Notes: generated by a model from the letters alone, not told the origin. Shown: positions 53,252-62,627, counted from the stretch's first letter. The stretch is 64,000 nt of DNA from Alphaproteobacteria bacterium (GCA_024280375.1 JAJRQF010000054.1:1877-65876); one strand, 5' to 3'. Translations and numbers: made by a program.

Positions 53252-53926
53252 TTAATCGGAAAGTTCCAGTCCCATTTGCCAGAAATCCGCTTCCAACCGT
53301 GTAGCCTGTCGGAAAATCTCCAGTAATCGAGGGTAGCGTGCATCGCTCATATATGTCGTCGCCAATTCATCCAGCAACGCGATCGTGTCGTTGGCAACCG
53401 CCTGATATTCATCGGACGCATATTCACCAATCCAAACGGCGTAAGGGTTGGTATCCTCAAGTGCACCTGGAATATTCGCCAACCGCGCACCAATCTCGCC
53501 ATAGCCAATCATGCAGGGCGCAAGGGCCGTAAACAAATCGAGCAAATCGCCCGCCTGGCCTGCATCCAGCACAAACCGCGTATAGGCAATTGTTGCCCGC
53601 GCCTCTGCCACACCTTCAACCTGACCAGCCGAAAGCCCCCACTCCTTGCAAAGCTTTAGATGCAGGTTCATCTCCACATCCAAGATCGCCTTCAAACCCT
53701 CATGGCTTTGTCGCATCAATTTAAGCGATGGGGATTTATAGATAGCCAGCCCATAGGCGCGCGCAAACTGGATCAAAAACAGATAATCCTGCACCAGATA
53801 ATGGCGAAAAGACGCGCGCGACAACGAGCCATCACCCATCTGCTCAACAAATTCATGGCGGCAATAGGCATCCCATTCAGACGATGCATCACGTTTCAAC
53901 TGTTCAAACAAAGAATGATTACTCAA
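53252..53926 (-). CDS. tenA: TenA family aminopyrimidine aminohydrolase (thiaminase II)
   Basis: Haem-oxygenase-like fold pattern (FVEQMGDGSL…FRHYLVQDYLFL…E). The TTG start overlaps the dnaE stop. Confidence 0.8.
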   Translation of the reverse strand: MSNHSLFEQLKRDASSEWDAYCRHEFVEQMGDGSLSRASFRHYLVQDYLFLIQFARAYGLAIYKSPSLKLMRQSHEGLKAILDVEMNLHLKLCKEWGLSAGQVEGVAEARATIAYTRFVLDAGQAGDLLDLFTALAPCMIGYGEIGARLANIPGALEDTNPYAVWIGEYASDEYQAVANDTIALLDELATTYMSDARYPRLLEIFRQATRLEADFWQMGLELSD

Positions 53927-56900
53927 ACCAGTTCTACTTCCACAACGCCAGGAATTGCTTTCATGGCGCTCGCAAGCGGTGGAGAAATGGCTTTTTTGCC
54001 CTTCAATCGCACTTCAATCTCGCGCTCACCGTCACCTTCCAGCACAATAATGCTCACCTCACCAGAACCTGGTTTTTGCAAATGCGCTGCAATATTGGCA
54101 ATCGGCGCCTCATCGCGCACAAATACCCTGAGGCTTTTTTGAATTTTACTCGCCTCATCTTCAAGCAATGATACGGATTTTAGTTGTAGTGAAATACCCT
54201 CATCACGGTTTTCAGCCGCCACATAAAGCATGATTGAATTACCGACCGTAAGCAGGTCACGAAAACGCTCAAGCGTTTCAGAAAAAGCCACCGCCTCATA
54301 TTGCCCGGAAGAATCGGACAATTGGATGATCCCCATTCGTGTACCTTTACGGGTTTTACGCTCCTGCTTTTGAATAACAGTTCCAGCCAACCGCCCCTGC
54401 GGTGAACCCGACTTCACGGCGCGTTCAAAATCGGTCCAGTTTTGCACCCGCATTTTGGCTAGCATGCCCTGATATTCATCCAGCGGGTGAGCGCTGAAAT
54501 AAAACCCGATCGATTGAAATTCCCGGTTCAGTTTTTCCGCCGGCAGCCATGTTTCCGCCAGGGGCAATTGAATATGCTCACTGCTGGCATCACTGCCAAA
54601 CATATCGCTCATGCCTATCGCTGCATTTTCGCTCATGCGGGCCGAATGCCCCAAAAGCCTGCTGATACCGGCGATTAATTGTTCGCGTGACGCTCCAAAG
54701 GTATCAAACGCACCGGCGGCAATCAGGTTTTCCAGCGCGCGTTTGTTTATTTGCTTCGGGTCAATGCGGGTGAAGAAATCCGTAAAGCTGGAAAACGGCC
54801 CGCCCGCCTCCCGCGCTGCAACGATTTGATCAACCGCCTGCGTTCCAACCCCTTTGATCGCCGCAAGCGAATAATACACCACATCATCTTTCACCGTGAA
54901 TGGGGAAGATGAAGTGGTGACCGATGGCGGCGAGATTTTAATGTCGGCACGACGGGCCTCGCGGAAAAAATCGCTCAATTTATCCGTATTGCCCATATCA
55001 AGCGTCATGGAAGCGGCCAAAAATTCGGTCGGGTAATTCGCCTTCAACCAGGCCGTATGATAGGAAACCAGTGCATAGGCCGCCGCATGCGATTTGTTGA
55101 AACCATATTCGGCAAATTTGGCCAGCAGATCAAAGATCAGATTGGCAGTTTCTTTCGGCACCTCGCGTTCAACCGCACCTTTTACAAATGGCACCCTTTG
55201 TTTGTCCATTTCAGCCCGGATTTTCTTACCCATCGCCCGGCGCAAAAGGTCGGCCTGTCCAAGCGAATAGCCCGCAAGAATTTGCGCAACCTGCATCACC
55301 TGTTCCTGATAGATGATCACGCCATAGGTTTCTTCCAGCACCGGCTTGATCTTTTCATGCAGGTAGTCAGGTTCCTCCTCACCATGCTTACGCGCATTAT
55401 AGGTGGGGATATTGTCCATCGGGCCGGGGCGATAAAGCGCCACCAGCGCAATAATATCTTCAAATCTATCCGGTCGCATACCAATCAGGGCTTTACGCAT
55501 GCCCTGACTTTCCAACTGAAACACCCCAACCGTTTCACCCTGCTGCAACATGGCAAAGGTTTTCTCGTCGTCCAGCGGAATGGCGCTGAAATCAATATCT
55601 ATACCGCGCTGGGCAATCAGCTTTTTAGCCGTTTCCAACACGGTCAGGGTTTTGAGGCCCAAAAAGTCAAACTTGACCAGACCCGCCTGCTCCACCCATT
55701 TCATATTATATTGTGTAACCGGCATATTGGAGCGCGGATCGCGGTAGAGCGGCACCAGATTATCCAGCGGCCGGTCGCCAATCACGATACCGGCGGCATG
55801 GGTTGAGGCATGACGATTAAGCCCTTCGAGCTTTAACCCGATGGAGATAAGTTTATCAACAATCTCTTCGTCCTTGCGCGCCGCCTTCAATCCGTCTTCC
55901 GTTTCAACCGCTTCGGCGAGCGATGTCGGGTTGGCCGGATTATTCGGCACCATTTTGCAAAGCCGATCGACCTGACCGTATGGCATTTGCAATACGCGAC
56001 CCACATCGCGCAGCACAGCCCTCGCCTGTAAAGACCCAAAAGTTATGATCTGTGCAACCTGCTCGCGACCATATTTTTCCTGCACATAGCGGATGACTTC
56101 CTCGCGCCTGTCCTGACAAAAATCGATGTCAAAATCGGGCATAGACACGCGTTCTGGATTGAGGAAACGCTCAAACAGCAGGGAAAACCGCATCGGATCA
56201 AGGTCGGTAATGGTGAGCGACCACGCAACCAGCGACCCGGCACCCGAACCACGTCCCGGCCCCACCGGAATGCCCTGGTCCTTGGCCCATTTAATAAAAT
56301 CGGCCACAATTAAAAAATACCCCGGAAAGCCCATGCCTTCGATCGTATCAAGCTCAAACGTCAGCCGGTCATCATAGTCTTTACGGCTATAGCCTTCAGA
56401 TAGGCCCTGCACCTCCAGACGCAAATTAAGCCCAGCTTCACTTTGCGTCTTCAGCTCTTGAAATTCCAGCGCCAACGCCTCTTTCGGATTGTCCTTGTCG
56501 GCACCCGTATAGGAGGGAAGAATTGGGTCTCGCGTATTAACTTTATAGGAACAGCGTTTGGCGATCTCGATGGTGTTTTCAATCGCCTCAGGAATATCGG
56601 CAAACAACGATGCCATTTCTTTTTGCGACTTGAAATAATGATCCGGCGTTACTCGTGGTCGATCATCTTCCGAAACATAACGCCCCTTGGCGATACACAT
56701 CAGCGCATCATGGGCCTCATAATCATCAGCCACAGCAAAGAACGGCTCATTGGTCGCAACAAGCGGCACATCATTATCATAAGCATAAGAAACCAGTGCA
56801 TCTTCAACCTTGCGACTTGAACGCGGGTGGCGCTGCAACTCTATATAAAACCGGTCACCAAAACCCGACTTCAATATTTCCAGCCGCGCTTCAGCCTTCT

Positions 56901-57591
56901 CAATATTGCCTTGCATATACATCTGGTCAATCGGGCCTGAATAGCCACCTGACAAAACAATAATTCCTGCATTCAACTCAACCAAAGCATCCATAGTTAT
57001 ATGCGGACGAGCGCCATCCTCATTTCCCATATAGGCTTTTGAAACCAGCTTGATGAGATTTTCACCGCCGATCTCACTGGCCGCTAGTAATACAAGCGAA
57101 GGATAACCCTCAACCGCTTCTTTTGAATTGCCGACAAGAGCATTTGCATCCTCTTCGTTGTCTTCAAAGTCCACTTCCAGAAAACATCCAATAATCGGCT
57201 GCAACCCTTCCGATACGGTTTTTTGCGAAAACTCCAGCGCCGCAAAAAGATTGTTCGTATCAGTAATCGCTAAAGCCGGTTGCCTGTCACCAACAGCAAG
57301 ATCAATCAGCTTGGGTAATTTTAACGCCCCCTCAAGCAACGAATAGGCCGAATGGGTATGCAGATGTACAAAACTTGGTGCAGAACCTTTTTCCTCAACA
57401 GGCTTTCCAGCGATCGCATCGCGCGCACGCCTTGAGGAACGCTTCTTTCCAACACCCGCATCGCGCACACCGGCTTCTATATTTTGCGAAGACAGACCGC
57501 CCTTGCCCGCACCAGACGTGCCAGCTTTCATCATTTCCTGTTTTAATCGCTCACTCACGCCGCAAATTCCATCTGAATATCCGCCAATCAA
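53923..57591 (-). CDS. dnaE: DNA polymerase III alpha subunit
   Basis: PHP motif FVHLHTHSAYSLLEG, a polymerase core and an OB-fold C-terminus. The exact start is uncertain (TTG 57591 or ATG 57534/57531). Confidence 0.95.
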   Translation of the reverse strand: MIGGYSDGICGVSERLKQEMMKAGTSGAGKGGLSSQNIEAGVRDAGVGKKRSSRRARDAIAGKPVEEKGSAPSFVHLHTHSAYSLLEGALKLPKLIDLAVGDRQPALAITDTNNLFAALEFSQKTVSEGLQPIIGCFLEVDFEDNEEDANALVGNSKEAVEGYPSLVLLAASEIGGENLIKLVSKAYMGNEDGARPHITMDALVELNAGIIVLSGGYSGPIDQMYMQGNIEKAEARLEILKSGFGDRFYIELQRHPRSSRKVEDALVSYAYDNDVPLVATNEPFFAVADDYEAHDALMCIAKGRYVSEDDRPRVTPDHYFKSQKEMASLFADIPEAIENTIEIAKRCSYKVNTRDPILPSYTGADKDNPKEALALEFQELKTQSEAGLNLRLEVQGLSEGYSRKDYDDRLTFELDTIEGMGFPGYFLIVADFIKWAKDQGIPVGPGRGSGAGSLVAWSLTITDLDPMRFSLLFERFLNPERVSMPDFDIDFCQDRREEVIRYVQEKYGREQVAQIITFGSLQARAVLRDVGRVLQMPYGQVDRLCKMVPNNPANPTSLAEAVETEDGLKAARKDEEIVDKLISIGLKLEGLNRHASTHAAGIVIGDRPLDNLVPLYRDPRSNMPVTQYNMKWVEQAGLVKFDFLGLKTLTVLETAKKLIAQRGIDIDFSAIPLDDEKTFAMLQQGETVGVFQLESQGMRKALIGMRPDRFEDIIALVALYRPGPMDNIPTYNARKHGEEEPDYLHEKIKPVLEETYGVIIYQEQVMQVAQILAGYSLGQADLLRRAMGKKIRAEMDKQRVPFVKGAVEREVPKETANLIFDLLAKFAEYGFNKSHAAAYALVSYHTAWLKANYPTEFLAASMTLDMGNTDKLSDFFREARRADIKISPPSVTTSSSPFTVKDDVVYYSLAAIKGVGTQAVDQIVAAREAGGPFSSFTDFFTRIDPKQINKRALENLIAAGAFDTFGASREQLIAGISRLLGHSARMSENAAIGMSDMFGSDASSEHIQLPLAETWLPAEKLNREFQSIGFYFSAHPLDEYQGMLAKMRVQNWTDFERAVKSGSPQGRLAGTVIQKQERKTRKGTRMGIIQLSDSSGQYEAVAFSETLERFRDLLTVGNSIMLYVAAENRDEGISLQLKSVSLLEDEASKIQKSLRVFVRDEAPIANIAAHLQKPGSGEVSIIVLEGDGEREIEVRLKGKKAISPPLASAMKAIPGVVEVELV

Positions 57592-57687
57592 ATCTCAACA
57601 GAAATGATTTTGCGGGTCAGCGGCAGCAAAGTCCAGCAAAGGAGGACGCAACCCACAGAAAGCAGCAAGGCAAGCCCAATTATGGCT

Positions 57688-57786
57688 TTAGGAAAGCGCC
57701 TTCAAAATATCAGCCCAGGCGACCATTGAAGTTAAAAACAAACCGATGGTGAAAAATGACGCAACATCACGAGCAAGAACAGACAT
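57688..57786 (-). CDS. Candidate 32-aa small membrane protein
   Basis: GGGAG lies 6 nt upstream of the ATG. The product MSVLARDVASFFTIGLFLTSMVAWADILKALS has one hydrophobic helix. Below the ORF-track cut-off. Confidence 0.3.
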   Translation of the reverse strand: MSVLARDVASFFTIGLFLTSMVAWADILKALS

Positions 57787-57981
57787 AACACACTCCCTAC
57801 AATTTCTCTGTTTATTCACTATTTGTTCCTTTTATGTTCTCTTATTTCAAAAGTCAACAGCCTAGTCAATTTATTTCGCTTGCTAATCTCTCAACCTTTG
57901 CGGCCCCAACAATCACCCCATTGCCCTTGACGATAAAACCGCTACATAGGGAGCAAGATTTGATTAAATTCTGGATACGAA

Positions 57982-60045
57982 ATGACCGCTGAAACCAATA
58001 CTGCACATGAAGCAATTGAACACTGGACCGCACCTTTAGGCCTGCCTGATTACGCGCGCTTTGAAGGAAAAGACCTGGAGACCATGTTTGAAAAGGCCCT
58101 GCCGCTTCATCTGGATGAGATTGATAAAATTGCCAATAACCCGGATCAACCCACCTTTAAAAACACCATTATCGCGCTTGAATTGGCCGGCAAAATGCTG
58201 GACAGGGTAAGCTCTATTTTTTGGAACCTGACCGGCTCTCACACCAATGATTTTTTACAATCGCTTGAGCGCAAAATGGCCCCTGAAATGGCGCGTCATT
58301 TTTCCAAGGTGATGTTGAATTCCAAATTGTTTGAGCGCGTCGACACACTTTATAAGGCGCGCAAAACCCTCAATCTCGACGCGGAATCAACACGCGTTTT
58401 GGAAAAGGCCCGTAAGTCCTTCATTCGATATGGGGCAAATATTTCACCCGATGATCAGGAAAAGCTCGCCAAAATCAATGAACACCTGGCCGGTCTTGGC
58501 ACATCATTTGCCCAAAACATGTTGGCCGATGAACAGGATTATGCGCTTATATTGAACGAGCCCACAGAGCTTGCGGGCCTGCCTGATTTTCTTATCGCCG
58601 CGATGGCATCGGCGGCAGAAGAGCGCGGCCAAAAGGGCAAACATGCGGTGACCCTGTCACGCTCGATCATCGAGCCATTCCTGATTTTTTCCGATCGCCG
58701 CGACCTGCGCGAAACCGCGTTCAAGGCCTGGGGCGCCAGAGGTGCGCAAAATGGCGACCATGACAATCGCCCGTTGATCAGCGAGATCGTTAAACTGCGC
58801 GCAGAAAAGGCCAAACTGCTTGGTTATGATAGTTTTGCCGCCTTCAAACTTGATGACACGATGGCTAAAACGCCTGAAAATGTCGCAACACTACTCAATT
58901 CCGTATGGGAAAAGGCCAGTAAAAGAGCCAGCGAAGAAGAAGCGGACCTGGCGGATCTAATAGCAAGCGAAGGCAAAAACCACGAGGTCGCGCCGTGGGA
59001 TTGGCGTTATTATACCGAGAAAGTACGGGCCGAAAAATTCAACTTCGATCAGGGCGAAGTCAAGCCCTATCTGCAATTGGATAACATCATCAAAGCCGCT
59101 TTTGAGACCGCCACAAGACTGTTTGACGTCCGGCTTAAAGAACAGACCGGCCTCACCTCCTATCACCCGGATGTGCGCATATTCGAAGTGCTTGACGCGG
59201 ATAACAACCGGATCGCGGTCTTTCTGGCCGACTATTTTGCCCGCTCCTCAAAACGCTCCGGCGCATGGATGAGCGCCTTGCAAAGCCAGCACAAATTGGG
59301 TGCCGGCCAAATGCCGATCATCATGAACAATATGAACTTTGCCAAGCCACCTGAGGGCGAACCCTGCCTGCTTTCAATGGATGATGCCCGAACACTTTTT
59401 CACGAATTCGGCCACGCCCTGCACGGCATGTTGTCCGATGTGACCTATCCTTCGATTTCCGGCACATCGGTTTCGCGCGATTTTGTCGAACTGCCATCGC
59501 AGCTTTATGAGCACTGGTTAACCGTGCCGGAAACACTGGAAAAATACGCGACCCACTATCAAACCGGCGAACCTATTCCCGCAAGGCTGATCAAAAAGCT
59601 GCTTTCAGCCCAAACCTTCAATTCAGGTTTTGCGACGGTGGAGTTTACCGCGTCGGCGTTGGTTGATATGGCCTATCATAATCTAAACAGCGTTGATGCT
59701 GCCAACATCGACCCGGTCGAATTCCAAAAAGACGTGCTGGACAAAATCAACATGCCCAAGGCGATTGTCATGCGCCACGCTTCACCGCATTTCGCCCATG
59801 TGTTTTCCGGCGATGGATATTCCGCAGGCTACTATTCCTATATGTGGTCGGAAGTGCTGGATGCCGATGCCTTCCGCGCCTTTGAGGAAAAAGGCGACCC
59901 GTTTGACAAAGAAACCGCCGCCAAACTGAAAACACATATTTATTCATCCGGTGGGTCGCACGACCCGGAAGACGCCTATATCGCCTTTCGTGGCAAACTC
60001 CCCTCACCCGAAGCCATGCTGGAGAAAAAAGGACTGGCGGGGTAG
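57982..60045 (+). CDS. dcp: Peptidyl-dipeptidase Dcp (M3 family metallopeptidase)
   Basis: 687 aa with the HEFGHALH zinc motif. Confidence 0.93.
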   Translation: MTAETNTAHEAIEHWTAPLGLPDYARFEGKDLETMFEKALPLHLDEIDKIANNPDQPTFKNTIIALELAGKMLDRVSSIFWNLTGSHTNDFLQSLERKMAPEMARHFSKVMLNSKLFERVDTLYKARKTLNLDAESTRVLEKARKSFIRYGANISPDDQEKLAKINEHLAGLGTSFAQNMLADEQDYALILNEPTELAGLPDFLIAAMASAAEERGQKGKHAVTLSRSIIEPFLIFSDRRDLRETAFKAWGARGAQNGDHDNRPLISEIVKLRAEKAKLLGYDSFAAFKLDDTMAKTPENVATLLNSVWEKASKRASEEEADLADLIASEGKNHEVAPWDWRYYTEKVRAEKFNFDQGEVKPYLQLDNIIKAAFETATRLFDVRLKEQTGLTSYHPDVRIFEVLDADNNRIAVFLADYFARSSKRSGAWMSALQSQHKLGAGQMPIIMNNMNFAKPPEGEPCLLSMDDARTLFHEFGHALHGMLSDVTYPSISGTSVSRDFVELPSQLYEHWLTVPETLEKYATHYQTGEPIPARLIKKLLSAQTFNSGFATVEFTASALVDMAYHNLNSVDAANIDPVEFQKDVLDKINMPKAIVMRHASPHFAHVFSGDGYSAGYYSYMWSEVLDADAFRAFEEKGDPFDKETAAKLKTHIYSSGGSHDPEDAYIAFRGKLPSPEAMLEKKGLAG

Positions 60046-60054
60046 AGGCTGATT
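59995..60054. repeat. Direct repeat, left copy (3' end of dcp including the stop)
   Basis: AAACTCCCCTCACCCGAAGCCATGCTGGAGAAAAAAGGACTGGCGGGGTAGAGGCTGATT. Confidence 0.85.
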
Positions 60055-60121
60055 AGTGTAAATAATTGCTAATAGTTGTTATTTATGCAATGCTCCAGCA
60101 ATAGTAAAAGGAGATCAAGTG

Positions 60122-60361
60122 ATGAATTTTTCTTTGAGCAAAAAACTGGAAAACTATGTTTCGGAACAGGTGGATTCCGGCTCCTTCAATAATGCCAGCG
60201 AGGTTGTGCGGGATGCTTTGCGCTTGCATGAGGAATATCAATTAAAGCTGCAAGCCTTACGGTATGATGTGCAATTAGGCGTTTCATCCATTCGGGCCGG
60301 TCGCATTAGCCGCGCAACACCTGGCGAAATTATCGAGAAAGCCAAGGCAAGGCGTGGATAG
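60122..60361 (+). CDS. parD: ParD-family type II antitoxin (RHH)
   Basis: AAAGGAG RBS. The sequence LSKKLENYVSEQVDSGSFNNASEVVRDALRL is typical of ParD/CC2985-type antitoxins. Confidence 0.85.
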   Translation: MNFSLSKKLENYVSEQVDSGSFNNASEVVRDALRLHEEYQLKLQALRYDVQLGVSSIRAGRISRATPGEIIEKAKARRG

Positions 60362-60688
60362 TTGAGCAATTTTTTCCTATCCCTTGATGCAGATGAAGAC
60401 CTGCAGGATATTTATATCTATACGGAAGAAAAATGGGGTGCGAAGCAGGCGGAACAGTATCTGCTCGATTTGTATGAAGCTTTCGAATTGATAGCCAACA
60501 ACCCCAAAATGGGGAGACTACGGCAAGAGCTTGGCCAAGGCATCAGAAGCCTGCCCCATTTATCCCATGTTGTGCTTTTCATGCAATGGAAAAATGAGAT
60601 GGCCATTGTTCGAGTGCTTCATAGCTCCCGCGATTTTGAAAAATTAATTGAGGCTTATAATCCTGAGAAGAACCTTGGAAGGAAATAA
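60362..60688 (+). CDS. parE: ParE/RelE-family type II toxin
   Basis: TTG start directly after the parD stop. Pattern A..DL.DIY.Y….WG…A..Y…L……L……P..G with a C-terminal VRVLH. Confidence 0.85.
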   Translation: MSNFFLSLDADEDLQDIYIYTEEKWGAKQAEQYLLDLYEAFELIANNPKMGRLRQELGQGIRSLPHLSHVVLFMQWKNEMAIVRVLHSSRDFEKLIEAYNPEKNLGRK

Positions 60689-60701
60689 CAGCGCTCCATG
60701 C

Positions 60702-61164
60702 AATTACGGTGATAATTAGTGCATTTAGTAAACTGTCACCGTAATTTCACCACCGTAATTCCTAACCGATTGAAGTCCAATCAATCTACAAACGTCATGC
60801 CCGCGAAGGCGGGTATCCACGCGACAAGCAACTACCCCTATGTATTATGGGTTAAACTCCCCTCACCCGAAGCCATGCTGGAGAAAAAGGGACTGGCAAG
60901 GGTAGAGGTTGGATTACTGCCATCCTCACACGTCATCAACTCTGTTAAGCTCATTGCTAACCGATTAAAGTCCAATCAAACTACAATCGTCATGCCCGCG
61001 AAGGGGGGTATCCACGCGACCATCAACTGCCTCTAAGTAATATGAATTACACCCATACGCTGTTAGGTAGAGTTTTAAACACAGAGGTTATCACAAATAC
61101 CCGTGGATACCCGCCTGCGCGGGCATGACGACGTTGGTGCTTTTAGTAAACGGTCACCGTAATT
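60702..61164. repeat. REP-like repeat cluster: R-motifs, two 64-bp direct units, one inverted core
   Basis: R-motifs are at 60723-60746 and 61142-61164. Units U1 (60762-60825) and U2 (60957-61020) match at 60 of 64 positions and contain GTCATGCCCGCGAAGGCGGGTATCCACGCG. An inverted core lies at 61102-61130. Confidence 0.75.
60854..60915. repeat. Direct repeat, right copy (non-coding duplicate of the dcp 3' end)
   Basis: AAACTCCCCTCACCCGAAGCCATGCTGGAGAAAAAGGGACTGGCAAGGGTAGAGGTTGGATT, about 55 of 60 positions identical to 59995-60054. Confidence 0.85.
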
Positions 61165-61182
61165 CAAATTTGAAAATGTATA

Positions 61183-61656
61183 TTAAAGGAGCTTCCAGAT
61201 TAAGGAGAACTTCTTGAAGACTGATACACTAATCCAAGCAACAATTGTCATCAGCGTCACTGAATAAATCTGGACATGGCGCCAGTGAGCGAGCCATTTC
61301 TTGTTTGCAATAAGTGCCTCAAAGTATTCTTCTCTCATATCTGCTATGGACTGAGCGAAAAAATTTTCAAAAGAACTCTTTGAGAAAACAAATCTTACAA
61401 TTCTTACAAGTAAGTTTGCCGGTGGTGTTTTTATATTTTTTTGCAAAAATGCATTGCTTCTTCTTAGATTCCACTCCCGAAACCGAAGAATGCTCATTTT
61501 TATTTTTACTTCATATATTCCGTGAACCATTCCAAGTTTATAAGAAAACTTAGCCATTGGATTTTTGGACAACATCTCCTGAAACTCATCATCATCATTC
61601 ATATCATTGATGAGGTCGTCAATCTGGCTACGCATTGTTTCGATAAAACCAGCCAT
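61183..61656 (-). CDS. PadR-coupled protein with a C-terminal TM helix, unknown function
   Basis: 157 aa and very AT-rich. Its ATG overlaps the PadR stop (TAATG). It has an acidic N-terminus and one C-terminal hydrophobic helix. Confidence 0.5.
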   Translation of the reverse strand: MAGFIETMRSQIDDLINDMNDDDEFQEMLSKNPMAKFSYKLGMVHGIYEVKIKMSILRFREWNLRRSNAFLQKNIKTPPANLLVRIVRFVFSKSSFENFFAQSIADMREEYFEALIANKKWLAHWRHVQIYSVTLMTIVAWISVSVFKKFSLIWKLL

Positions 61657-61964
61657 TACCCAGACACTCCAGAAAGTGAGACTTCATGGGATATCGCTGC
61701 ATTATAGGCTTCGTGAGCATTCAATACCGCCGAACCCAGTCCGCTAATCTGATAAAGCCTGCGCGGCAAACCAGCTTGGCCAATAGCCAATTCTTGACGA
61801 GAACTCACTAACTCCTTATCGGCCATCCGGTCCAACAACACATAGATTGTGCCGCGCTTGAGGCCGCGATCAGCCTTCACCATTTCGAGTCCATACATCT
61901 CCCCTCCTGCCCTTAGCAAGTCCAAAACCACATACTCTTTTGGGGATATTTTTTTCATCTTCAT
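61656..61964 (-). CDS. PadR family transcriptional regulator
   Basis: The winged-helix sequence YVVLDLL…EMYGLEM…GTIYVLLDRMADKELV is typical of PadR. Confidence 0.85.
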   Translation of the reverse strand: MKMKKISPKEYVVLDLLRAGGEMYGLEMVKADRGLKRGTIYVLLDRMADKELVSSRQELAIGQAGLPRRLYQISGLGSAVLNAHEAYNAAISHEVSLSGVSG

Positions 61965-61973
61965 TGCACTCCA

Positions 61974-62008
61974 GACTTCGAGTCTTACAATTAGTAAGAC
62001 TCGAAGTC
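61974..62008. promoter_or_regulatory. 35-bp perfect palindrome immediately upstream of padR
   Basis: GACTTCGAGTCTTAC-AATTA-GTAAGACTCGAAGTC has 15-bp perfect arms and ends 10 nt from the padR ATG. Confidence 0.6.
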
Positions 62009-62363
62009 AACCAATCCTCGATTAAAGGTATTTTCCGGTATTACGGCCACCTCTAACTGAACAACGGAACAAGCATAATTAATTAAGAATTCCGACGACT
62101 GGCATGGAGGCCGCAGTATTTCTGTGACAAATTAATAAATATACCAATCAATTCACTGATATTGACGGTAGCGATGGAATTCTATCTGTCGTTCCTCTCG
62201 AAAATTGCTAAGCGCCTTCCATTCTTTACAGGCAAAGTTCTCTTATCGTTAGTAGGCAGCTTTCGGGTATAACCTGTGTGTTAAAGCGCATTCAAAGCGA
62301 TTGCCGCTTTGTGATTCATTGTTACGATCATCATCCTCACAACCTCAACCACTCACACCACAC

Positions 62364-62627
62364 TCAACCCAATTTCCGCATTCCCTGATCAATAAATTGG
62401 CGGACAAGGCGGGTATAGGGGATGCCCTGTTTTTTGGCCGCTTGTTTCAAAGCAGCAAGTTGCTCATCAGGCAATCGCAATTCCAGCCGTGCCGCTTTTT
62501 TCTGAAATTCAAATTGCGCCGGTTTAAACCCTGAAAAATCGTATTCAGATAAATCCGCCTCATCAACAAAAAGCTCCGCCTCTTCATCTGTTTTGTGGGC
62601 AGGAAATTTTTTAAGTTCTTTTTTCAT
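62364..62627 (-). CDS. brnA: BrnA-family antitoxin (RHH)
   Basis: The C-terminal LRLPDEQLAALKQAAKKQGIPYTRLVRQFI is typical of BrnA. Overlaps brnT by 17 nt. Confidence 0.85.
   Translation of the reverse strand: MKKELKKFPAHKTDEEAELFVDEADLSEYDFSGFKPAQFEFQKKAARLELRLPDEQLAALKQAAKKQGIPYTRLVRQFIDQGMRKLG

Noticed and set aside
60719-61036. 105-aa ORF in the track downstream of parE
   Set aside because: It reads straight through the REP units (VMPAKAGIHA occurs twice, once per repeat) and through the duplicated dcp tail. It is a repeat-translation artefact, not a gene.
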